Of a stretch of 64,000 nt of DNA, positions 53,197-64,000 are shown piece by piece (within the stretch, counting starts at the first letter, position 1; each line of letters opens with the position of its first letter). Source of the stretch: Dimorphilus gyrociliatus (taxonomy: Eukaryota > Animalia > Annelida); NCBI GenBank assembly GCA_904063045.1, contig CAJFCJ010000006.1, positions 124,001 through 188,000 of the forward strand. The letters run 5' to 3'. Under the pieces are notes generated by a model. It had not been told where the DNA came from. It worked only from the letters and a program-made list of their open reading frames with translations, and did no database searches. The translations under genes were made by a program, and so were the position numbers.

Positions 53197-55214
53197 TCAA
53201 ACTGCTGAAGCTTTGGCGGTAGTTTGTAAATCAAGCAATTTTTGAACTGTTCGACACAATTCTAAGGGTTCTTTTTCTTCTAAAATCACAGACGCGGGGC
53301 ATATAAAATCCTGTAAACAGAAAGTAGAACTAGAATTTCTTAGAAAAATAGGTTATCTTTAGGTTCTATGACATACCTCACTAACGCCAATTCTACGGCA
53401 TGCGGTTAAAAAACTATTGACATTTTTCTGGCACTTGGCAGTTGGTAATTCAGTGTCGACGACAGACGGAACGTGAACACGATCAATTGAATGAGGCCAT
53501 ATTTGATTGGCTAAATGGCATAAAATAACGCCATCTCTTAAGGCTGCAGTTATATTTTCTGGAAGTTTACATTTTAGGTGTTCCTCCATCATCCTTCGAG
53601 TTCTATAAAGTTCACTCTGACGTAACACAGCTTGTTTTTCGTGTCGTTGTATTGTGAAATTCGAAGGTTTCCTATCTTGATTTGGAGATGGTGTTTGATC
53701 TTTGGATAGCATTTGCGTATGAAATCCATTATTATTCTCTGGCGAATAATTTTTAACCGGGGATATCTGATGAACGTTTGCTGACGATGAGTAAGCAACA
53801 GATCTTCTGTTTACAGAGGGAGAGGTTTGAAGATCTGCCTTGTACGACGGTATTGAACTTGCAGAGTTAGACGAAGACTTGCTGTCATCGTGGAATGAGT
53901 AGGTAAAATTCCTGTGACCGCTGAATAATCAAATATTTAGAAAAGGTATAAATTTATAAGTCGGTAAGTCTAGGTATACTTTTGCATATTTGGACTATTC
54001 TTTGGTGTGGAATCCGGTGACGTTTCCGGTGTAGTTAAACCAGAAACGGAAGAACTTCGGGAACTAGAAAGTTGGGAAACAGTCCGCGGGGGAGGTTGAG
54101 GTCTGGCAGACGAAGAACTTCTTCGAACCAGCTCAGGCTTCCTTTGTGTTACAGGAACACATTCGGGTAAGGAAAGACTGGATATTTGTGATTGCTGTGA
54201 AAGACTGGATATCGTCCTGAAAAAGTTATATAAATTGATTGTTAACAGTTTATCGGTGTATCCAAGCTCTTACTGATAACAGATCAGTACATTCTATAAA
54301 TGCAATATAATATATTGCGTGCTATTTATAATGCTAATAATTTTATAACTTACGGGAATGAACTTGAATGTCTAAATTGTCCTTTGTTTCGGCGTGTTTC
54401 CTCGCCAAGTTCCCTCTTTCTTTCTCTATTAAGACTTTTTACAATATGCTTCCATCCTTTTTTGGCAATGTCCGCAGGTGGTTGTTTTAATGGGTTAAAA
54501 TTTAGATTAATGCATTCAATATTCATCGAAGCCATTTCGAATGGTAACTTTTCAATTCTATTCGATGATAAGTCTAGTTTTGTTAACTTTAGTAAGCTAA
54601 TTGTCACAGGCAGTAGAACAATCTTATTTGATCTTAAATTTAATATCTTCAAGTTCTCACAATGCTTTATCGTATCAGGCAAAAACGATATTTCATTTGA
54701 TGAGCAATCCAAGTAAGTCAAACTACTTAAAAAAACAATCTCTTCTGACAGAGACACTAAATTGTTGTTCGACAAAATTAATATACTTAGGCACTTTAGA
54801 TTTCGCAAACAAGTTTCCGGAAGACAGTCCAGTTTGTTATATGATAGATTTAAGCTTGTTAAACAATCTAACAGGGAAAGATCAGGTAAAGACCTGATAT
54901 TATTATGTGAAGCATCGAGTTCTTCTAAATATGTGTATTCTAATATTTTTTTCGGCACTTCCGTGTACATGTTATCCGAAATATCTAAAACAATCATGAT
55001 TAACAGTTCCGTAAAGCTGGTAATTGATAGATCGCATTCACTTACCACATTTTACCGTGTCTAACAGATCTCCTTTTTGAAAAATTTTTGGATAGTCTAT
55101 CAATTTTCTTCCATTTAATTTGATTTCACCAGTTGAGACTGCTTCTTCATAAATTTTCTCAAAATATCGATTCTTTTGATGATTCGCGCCCGTTGGCCGA
55201 CGGCTGGCAGCCAT
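53197..55214 (-). CDS. LRCH: Leucine-rich repeat and calponin homology domain protein
   Basis: MAASRRP...EEAVSTGEIKLNGRKLIDYP...DLLDTVKC|DISDN, about 9 LRRs, and CH domain AALRDGVILCHLANQI...KCQKNVNSFLTACRRIGV. The last exon ends ...TTAKASAV* at 53197. Confidence 0.88.
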
Positions 55215-55230
55215 CTTTGTTTTGATCTAA

Positions 55231-55286
55231 GCGCATGCGCCCAAGTGATACAAAATTGCCTGTATAACAATAACGGTGACCAATCA
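55231..55286. promoter_or_regulatory. LRCH proximal promoter: NRF-1 core GCGCATGCGC (55231-55240) and NF-Y box GACCAATCA (55278-55286)
   Basis: 17-72 bp upstream of ATG 55214. The 11-mer TGACCAATCAC is identical to the one in the CDK1 promoter. Confidence 0.5.
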
Positions 55287-55990
55287 CCATCTACCACTAA
55301 TAGAGAACTAAAGATATAAAAGCCTATATTCGTATTTTGTTGGAAAAAGTATCGAAAAAAACTAAAAAAGTAGTATTTTTCCAAAAGATACACTATGTCA
55401 AGTTAAGCAAAAGTGTTTTTTTTAAAATTTATTTTCTTAATATTTGCAACAAAATGAAAAAGAAAAGATAGAAATAAATAACCTACTTAAATAAAAATAA
55501 AAAATGTAAGGAAAATATAAATCAATTAAGATTAGTATCTTTTTTTTATTTATATTAAAGATTTATTTATTTTATATTCTCAAACGTTTTCAAAAAATTT
55601 CGAAAAGTGAATACTTCCGTTAAATCTGTTGTGTCTTTTGTTTTGTTTTGTTCTCTTCTGTTTATCCATTTATTTTATATTATATTTATATTTTTATATT
55701 TATATTTACACGTGTAAAGAAAAAAACAAAGACTTTATATTTTTTTCTAAAACTCCATTCCAAAAACATTTTCGCCAATCTTCACAGCATACAACACCGT
55801 CATTAAATTTCAATAAGGGTTGTATAGAATTTGCACATAATTTGCATAGTATAAGTCTTTCTTTAAATATCAATTCTGGTTATATTTTTCTTGTAAAAAC
55901 TGCTTTCATCTCGAATTACCAAACCATCTGCCATTTTTTTTAAAAAAAATAGAATAAACATAGTTTTTAATAGGAATGATTTATTTCTTA

Positions 55991-58900
55991 TTATTTTATC
56001 TTTTTAAGCCTACCTGCTAATCCATCATCTGTTATGTTTATTGAATCATCGTAGATTGGAGAAACTCGATCTACAGGCGCAATGAATAATCTTCTTCTGG
56101 ACTTTGACTTTGTAAGTCCTCTCCCTCCCTTTCCAGTTGGTGGCCTTCGCCATGGTAATCTAAACTTTTTAACTGATTTAGGTCTGATCGCTGCTGCGGC
56201 TGCTGTTGCTGTTACTGCCGATGTCGTAGCAGCTATTGCTGCTGTAGCTGTCTCATTATTGACAGCTGACTCCTCGTCAACGTCAGCCATAGTTGGTTCA
56301 TCTTCTGCCATTTGTCGAAAATCGAAAAGTGTATTCTTTTTTTCAACCTTGACTTGTGCCGGTTTGGTAGGCTGTTTAAGAGTTCCCTTTAGTGGTGGAA
56401 GAGTTTTTGGCTTTTTAAATGGCTTCTTCTTCGCCGTTGGTTTATTAGATTTTTTCTTTTCCGTTTTAGGCTCTTCTGCAGGGGGTGGTGGTACAAGAGG
56501 TGCAGCACCTTCAGTCACATCCGAATGAACTTCTACTTTTTCTTCTATTGGTGAATTGTTGGATTGTTCAACAGCCTTCGACTCCAGATAGGCTACATTT
56601 GAAGCCGAAGTCATGGCGGCAAGTATCGAAGATCCTTTCGGTTGAGACATTGAAGCTTCGACAATAATTTCATCTTTTTCATCTTCCAATATTTTATCAG
56701 CGGCTGTCTTGTTCTTCTTCTTTCGTTTGCAAAATTTCCATATACAAACAACCAACACCACAACTAGTAGAGCGGCTAATATAGCTGCTACCGGCACTGT
56801 TTGGATAAATATTATTTATTAAGTGGACGTAAGATGTCGCTACGTATAATTAGTGTTAAATGAGACGATTAGCTCTAATCTTATTACAAGGATCAATTGA
56901 ATCGAAATGGTAAAAACAAAGCAATTGTCTTTCCTCATAATATAGCTTTTATAAAAGCCCTTTATATCATTCATGACTGTTATAGGAATAGAAAACAATT
57001 AAATTATAGGCCTATAAAAACTAACCGGCCCATGGATATTTGCAAACAAAGATCGTGCATATAGGCTCCACTCTTTTGCCACCTGTTGAAATATTTATCG
57101 CTTTAGATAAAGTTTCAATAATTAATGGTCCTCCCTCCCGCTTCATTTATCTTTTTGTTTAAAGCTTACCTAAGATACAAACGTGATCTGCATTTTCTTC
57201 GTAATCTTTGATACACGAGCATTTCCCATCCGTTGTACATTCAGCATTAGGATCTAATTCCAAACAAATTGAAGAGGAATTGCAGAAAGTTGAATTCAAG
57301 GGTAATTTTTCACAAAATGAACCATTCTGATTTTTAGTTGGTTTATACGCCTTTTGACATTCACATACACCGTTTATACACTCCGAATTTTTCACTGGAC
57401 AGGCATGTGTCGAATTGCAGTATTCATATGTTAAAACATTTGTACATTTGCAGTTTAATAAATCATTTGTCTCCTGACAGTCTCTCCGGCAAATACATTT
57501 GCCATTAGAACAGCTGGAATTTGAAGCAAATGGAAAACAATCTCTTGCTGTTTCGCACGGAATATCTTTCAATTTCTTTCGATAGCAGAATTTCCCCGTC
57601 GAATCAAATATATAACCTTTAATACATTGACATTTACCCTCCGTACATTGGGCAAATGTTGATAAAATCTGACATTCAGAGTTTTCAGAACAAGTTGAAT
57701 TTTCAATTGTCCTCCTTAAACATTGCGTTCTCTCTTTATTCGGACTATGTGTTTGCGGACAAACACAAAATCCATTGAGACAAATAGAATTAGGTAGTGT
57801 TGCGCAATGTGAGTTTTGATAGCAGTCGAGAACATTAACTTTATTAGATCTGCAGGTGAGCCTATTAGCGCTGAGAGCATATCCAGACTTACAACGACAC
57901 TTTGATTTAGAGAGGTCACATTCGCTATACGATATAACTGAGAGGCAATCTTGATCTTTTTGACACCCAATAGCCGGTATTATAATACGTTTACAAGAAA
58001 AGTCTATAGTTTCATAGCCATGTCTGCATATACAAATAGAATCATTACAATAGGAATAGGTGATCAGGGATTGGCATATAGCAGTACTAGTACAACTGGC
58101 ATTTCCCGGTTTGGCCCTTATACACGAATCACTTGTTGGATTCCAATGTTGATATATACAAGAACATTTCCCCCCGTCACATATAGTATTTGGGATATGT
58201 TGACAATCTTCATTAACCGTGCACGATGAGTCTATTGTCTTCAGCTTGCATTCGCTACCTATCTGCTCATAGGTTTGTTTACATTTACATTTATTTTCCG
58301 AACAAATTGAGTTCGGTAGTGTGGAACAGTTGCTAGAGTGAATGCAAAAATCTCCTAATGCCCATTTAGAGCAATGCGTAGAATTATCCATTCTAAAATC
58401 AGGTAGGCACCTGCATATGCCGGCAGAACAAATAGCATTTGTTAAGCCAAGACAATCGAATGTACTTAAACAATGTCTAAATAAAAGTCCGCCCAGTTTG
58501 CATTCTCCACCTTCCGCGTAATAGCTTGTTGCGCATATACATTTATTGTTCGAACAAATTGAATTTGTTATTACGGCTGAACAATCCTTATCAACTAGAC
58601 AATGATCCGATAGGCTCCCTATTAGAGATAAAAAAAAGTGCATTATTTCAAAAGCTTAAAAAAGACAAGTGCAAAACTTACTCTTTGAACATACTGTACC
58701 AGAGCTGAGGCTCTTGTAACCGTCGTTACAAATGCAACTATTATTGAAGCAATGGCTATTAGTAATTGATGTTGAACAATCAGCATCATTTCGGCATCCA
58801 CTATCACCAATTTTCAATTTTTCACAAGAATTTCCCACACTTTTATAGCCTACTTTACAAGCACAACTTCCCGACGAACACTCAGAATTCCCGCCTGTGG

Positions 58901-61900
58901 CCACCTCACATTCGGAGGAAGATGTACAAGAATCACCAAGGTTTTTGATTATACAACCATTCAATTCAATTTTATATCCAATTTTGCAGACGCACTTCCC
59001 TTGAAAACAATAAGAATTTGAAATGAGTTTACAATCAATGTCGGTCGAACATTGATCGTTCAATTTCCTTTCTTCGCAGATTTTTCCATTTATAGTTTTA
59101 TAACCGTCTAGACATTCGCATTCCTTTTTAGTGGAGGAACATTTAGTGAAATTCAAAACAGAATTACAGTCATTATTCTTTGTACAGGAGTCATTTAGAG
59201 TTCTTATCTGACACGATGAATTCGAAGCGATCGGGAAATGTCCAATTTTACATTGACATTGACCACCAGCGCACTCGCTGTTAGCAATGTGGACCTGACA
59301 TTCTGTATCTGTTGTGCACTGGTCACCAGTTTTTAATTCTTTGCACTCCTTACTCAGAACTTTATAACCGAATTGACAATGACAAAAGCCTCCGTCACAA
59401 GTGCTATTAGTTATAACAGCATTACAGTCGGTATTCAAGGAGCAGGAATCATTTAATTGCCCTTTACAAGAAAGGAAAAAAAAGCATATTGTATATTAGG
59501 TATATTGAATTTTTCGTATACATATATACTGAATATATATATATATATATTTCCTTGAATGTAATTAATATGTAGTCATTTGCAGCATTAATACGTAAAA
59601 ATCATTAAATAACTATAGTTGGTCAATGGACTGAAATATATATATATATATATATATAAAGCGTTCGAAGACAGTAGCACATTAATAAAATGAAATGTCA
59701 AATAGAAGAAATTAAAAAAAAGACAAAAGAACAAATTACACTCTTTGGTTTTAGTAGGCGAATTTAATATTATGTTTTGTCTTGTATACCAAATCAAGCA
59801 AAAGATAAAATCTATTCGTGCAGCATGAATAAATCATACCCATAGCGACTATACTGCAAAATAGTGATCATGCAAAAGCATAACTTGAAAGGGAATTTAC
59901 TATAGGTGGGCATTGAAAAGTAATCTTCATGCAATTTCCTTACTTATTACGCATTCCTTTCCGCTATTGAGACTTTTAAATCCGAGTTTACAACTGCAAA
60001 CGTTGTTTAGACATGTACTATTTCCAACTGCAAAGCTACAATCTGGATTTGATTTGCAAGAATCGTTAACTTTTCTTAATGTACAATTAGTTAAATTAAG
60101 GCTTGTATAATATCCAGTTTTACAGGAACATGTTGAATTAGCGCATTCGGTATAGTTAACCGCATTGTTGCAATCGGTGTTCAATTTACAAGAATCACCA
60201 ATTTTTCGAAGAACGCATGTCTCGTTAATTGAATTAGAATAAAAACCACTCGTACATTGACAAGATGAATTTGAACATATACTATTATTAACTGCTAAAC
60301 TGCAATCGTCAAATGTTGCGCAACTATCACCAATTTTCCTTAGGATACAACTAGAATTCTTTTCATTCCTATATCCTTTAGAGCATTCGCATGTAAAGCT
60401 AATACATAGGCTGTTATTAACTGCTTTGTTACAGTTTTCGTGATTCTTACATTTATCGCCTATTCTTCTCATACTGCAAAATGATTCATTCCTTTGACTG
60501 AATGCAGTGTCGCATTGGCAAGATCCATTATTACATAAGCTGTTATTAACTGCAAAGTTGCAATCATTTAAAGTTTTACATTCACTCTCAAGTTTTCTTA
60601 ATGAACATTCCGTATTTTGTTTAATCGATAAATATCCAATTTTGCATTCGCAAGTTTTATTTGAAGAGCATATACTATTTTGAACGGCAAAACTGCAGTC
60701 TTCTGATATAGCACAGGAATCACCAATCTTTCTAAGTTTACAAAACGTTCCGCTTGATATTGAATAAAATCCAGTTGCACATTTGCACACATTATTTAGA
60801 CAAGTAGAATTATCCACTGCAAAATTACAGTCATTCTTCCACTTGCAAGAATCTCCTATCTTTCTTAAAGCACAGTTCGATAGTTGAGAATTGGCAATAT
60901 AACCGATTTCGCATGAACAAGAGCTATTCGTACAAATACTGTTATTTATAGCCTTTTGACAATCCGATTTCCAAAGACAATAGTCTGAAATTTTCCTTAG
61001 AATACAGGAATCGTTAAGACCACTTTGATAAAATCCTTCAGCACAATGACAGGTAGTATTAACGCAAATACTGTTGTTTACAGCAAAACTGCAATCTTCA
61101 ATATTCTGGCAAGTATCGCTAATTTTCCTCAGAATACACTTGGTATTTTCTTCATTCCTGTAACCTTTGTTACAAGAGCAAATATTTCCCAAACAAATAC
61201 TATTATTAATAGCAAGGTTACAATTTTCTTTAACTTGGCATTGATCTCCAATTTTTCTCAATGAGCATATAGAGTCGTTTTTCTCTATGAATTCCGTTTT
61301 ACAGTTACAAGTATTATTCAAGCACAAGCTATTGTTAATCGCAAGACTACAATCTTGTAATTTGGTACACTTATTTCCCAATTTTCTTAAAATGCACGTT
61401 GTATTGGCGTTAATTGAATGGAATCCTAGAAGACATTCACAAGTTCCGTTATCTGAACAATGACTATTTTCAATTACGCTATTGCAGTCTTCATTTTTTG
61501 TACATTTGTCACTTATAGTTCTTTTAACGCAGCTGGAATTTTCATTATCTGCCCGATATCCAGTAACGCAATTACATGTAGTATTTACGCATGTACTGTT
61601 TTGAACTGCAAGGCTACAGTGTTTATCTTCCGAACAATTATCGTTAATTTTCCTCAGATTGCATTGGGTTTTGTCAATGTTTGAAATAAATGCAGTATTA
61701 CAATTACAAGTTGAATTTGAACATGTACTATTAATTATAACTGCGCTGCAATCATCAGAATTGGAGCAACTATCGCCCACTTTTCTCTTGAAGCATTGAC
61801 TTCCGTTTGTATTTGAATAGAAACCTGTTTGACAGGTACAGATTCGATTTATTGAGCATTTACTATTAGATATTACTAGCAGACATTCAGCGTCTGATGC

Positions 61901-63539
61901 ACAGCCATCGCCAATAGTTTTTTCAGAGCAGCTTTGATTTTGAAATGGTTTAAAACCTTTATCGCAAGAACAACTTCCATTTAAGCATGAGGTATTGAGT
62001 AAAGACTTTGGACAATTTTCGTCAACTGTACAAAAATCACCTAGCTTGCGCAAAACGCAATTAGACGCCGTAACGTTTTTATAGCTGATATTGCATTGGC
62101 ATTTACCAAATTGACAGACAGTATCATTCATAACTGAATCGCAATCAATATTCGAAGAACAATTGTCATTCAATTGCCTTCTATGACAGATAGTTAGGAG
62201 GGTATTTTCGTAATGACCTATATTACATTTACATTTGTTCGATTCGCAACTGGAAAATTGTACAGATGTGGAGCAATCTATACTTTGATCACAAGAATCT
62301 TTTATCCTGTAAGGAACGCATTCCGTATGATCCAGAGATGAATAAAATCCGATTAAACAATCACATTTTGATGTATTGCAGAAGCTATGTGAAACAGCGA
62401 AACTGCAGTCCGTATTCAAAGTACAGGAATCCCTTACTTTTCCTGAAATGGTAAACTATATGCTAACAAGCATAATAACTTATCAAAAATGTGCTCAAAA
62501 GCTCTTTTCCACTTTTTGGGGGATTTGTGACTCAAAACAGGAAATAAAAATAAAAAGAACCCACACACATCTATGTAAAAAAGTAATTGACATGAACTTA
62601 TAAAACGTATAAGAACTTACGTTTTATGCAAGTGTCCAAGGCAGCATTAACGTAGAATCCGGGGTTACAAGTACATTTTGAGCTTGTACAATTGCTGTTG
62701 TTGAACGCAGCACTGCAATCGATGTTTTCAACACAAGCGTCGCCATACTTTCCTGAAGGAAAGTTATAGAAATTTTTTAAACGTCTTCTCAATTGTGTTT
62801 ATAAATTATTAAACTTTACTTTTAATACAACTGTTTCCGTCTGAGCCAACATAAAAACCAGCCTTACATTGACAAGTTGACGTTTTGCAGAAAGAATTAT
62901 CGACAGCGTCTCCACAGTCAGAATTGATGGAGCAGGGATCTCCCAGACGTCCTATATAATTAGTTATTAGTATTAAAGTGATTATATAATTGCTTAAAAC
63001 TTACTTAGAGTACAAACAGTATTCTTATCATTCACCATATAGCCAGATAAGCATTCGCATTTATTATTCTTACAAACAGAGTTTGATACAAATTCAGGAC
63101 AATCACAACACCAACTTGATCTACACTCTGTACCTATCCACTTTTCTGAGGAAAATATTAATAGAATATTTTTCATTATCATACGATTAAACCTACTTTC
63201 GTCGTCTTTTGAGCCACCACAATCCGAAAAGCCATCGAGTACATATGATAGAGTTGTACATCCTCCACTTGAACAGGAAAATCTACCTGGAGCTGTACAG
63301 GGACTTGAAACTTCATCGTTGTTATTAATACAATCTCTTACTCCATCATTTCTCTTAGAAGAAGCAATACAAACATTTGTTTCGCACTCGAATTCATCAG
63401 CTTGACACGCGCATTTTATCGTTGGAAGGAGGATGACTAAGGAAATAAATGATAAGAAATTAAGTTAAGTTATCTTATAGAAAACAAAATCAACTTAATA
63501 ACCTTTTACAAGTAAGATAAAGAGAAAATTCTGAAACAT
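55991..63539 (-). CDS. Giant type I membrane protein: signal peptide, 2 atypical LDLa repeats, about 40 six-cysteine EB/EGF-like modules, TM segment and a cytoplasmic tail of about 250 aa
   Basis: Exon 1 (63539-63503) reads MFQNFLFILLVK and exon 2 (63436-63197) carries the LDLa pair. The repeat consensus is about C-x4/5-DC-x6/7-S-x-C-x4-C-x-C-x2-G[FY]-x6-8-C-x2-RK[IL]GD. TM VPVAAILAALLVVVLVVCIW is followed by KFCKRKKK. Confidence 0.85.
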
Positions 63540-64000
63540 AGTCGACGGCGACGTCGCAAAGAAGTTCTTTAAAAGTCCAAACACCTCCTTCTAAGATAAT
63601 GTTGTCTGAATAAAAACTCAATGAGAAATAATTGGTGAAAGCTCTTTGAATAAATCACATAAAATTGTTGAATAATAGACACCAATTATTGAAATCATCA
63701 ACGACACGAAACGTTCAGCGTCGCTTAAGCGACTGACGTTTCTTTTTCTATTATTTCCTTTTCAAAACGCCGACTTTTACCTAAGCGTATAAAACACTCG
63801 ATAAGTTCTTGTTCAGCCCGATGAACATTTGCTTCTTTGTTCTTTTTTTTTTGTTTTACTGTTCGATTTATAAGTAGGCTTATAAACTTCTATAAATCTT
63901 CATAACGTTTTTAGAGGGCTTATTAATTAGGAATATAGCTTGTCAAAGAATGAAAGAAATTACTTTTGTATATGAGCTTCTATTTGTTACTAAAGGTACT

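Noticed and set aside
50384-56667. Numerous antisense ORFs in the track (e.g. 50384-50824, 54300-54716, 56082-56528; likewise 18558-18798 and 38342-38662)
   Set aside because: They are shadows of real genes on the opposite strand, with low-complexity translations and no independent motifs.

Overview
This is AT-rich, very gene-dense eukaryotic (animal) genomic DNA with mostly 50-70 nt GT-AG introns and intergenic gaps of a few hundred bases. The gene content and compaction suggest a lophotrochozoan, possibly the miniaturised annelid Dimorphilus gyrociliatus (inference only). I can support about 24 protein-coding genes. In order: two CNBD2-like paralogues, an SLC22 transporter, SLC25A20, a SET-only SETMAR-like gene, an orphan ORF, CEP57, METTL1, GAS8, ECI1, TFB2M-like, EDEM1, an ACADL-like gene, GPR107/108, NR5A/FTZ-F1, EEIG1/FAM102, BRPF1, an SLC16, CDK1, CCP110, SMCO4, LRCH and a giant cysteine-repeat type I membrane protein. 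The highlights are as follows. (1) A multi-exon secreted prohormone-like gene at about 3980-6102 (-) is invisible to the ORF track; it has two C..CC..C units and a KR-peptide-GRR amidation cassette. (2) A full-length ACADL-like gene has lost its catalytic Glu and FAD-binding motifs (candidate pseudoenzyme) and lies near other beta-oxidation genes. (3) A roughly 40-module EB-type receptor carries two 4-cysteine LDLa repeats. (4) CTCF-like motifs recur at gene boundaries. (5) Two convergent genes have stop codons only 11 nt apart. I found no rRNA, tRNA, CRISPR array or intact mobile element. All exon boundaries were derived by hand and all family assignments come from remembered motifs, not database searches.
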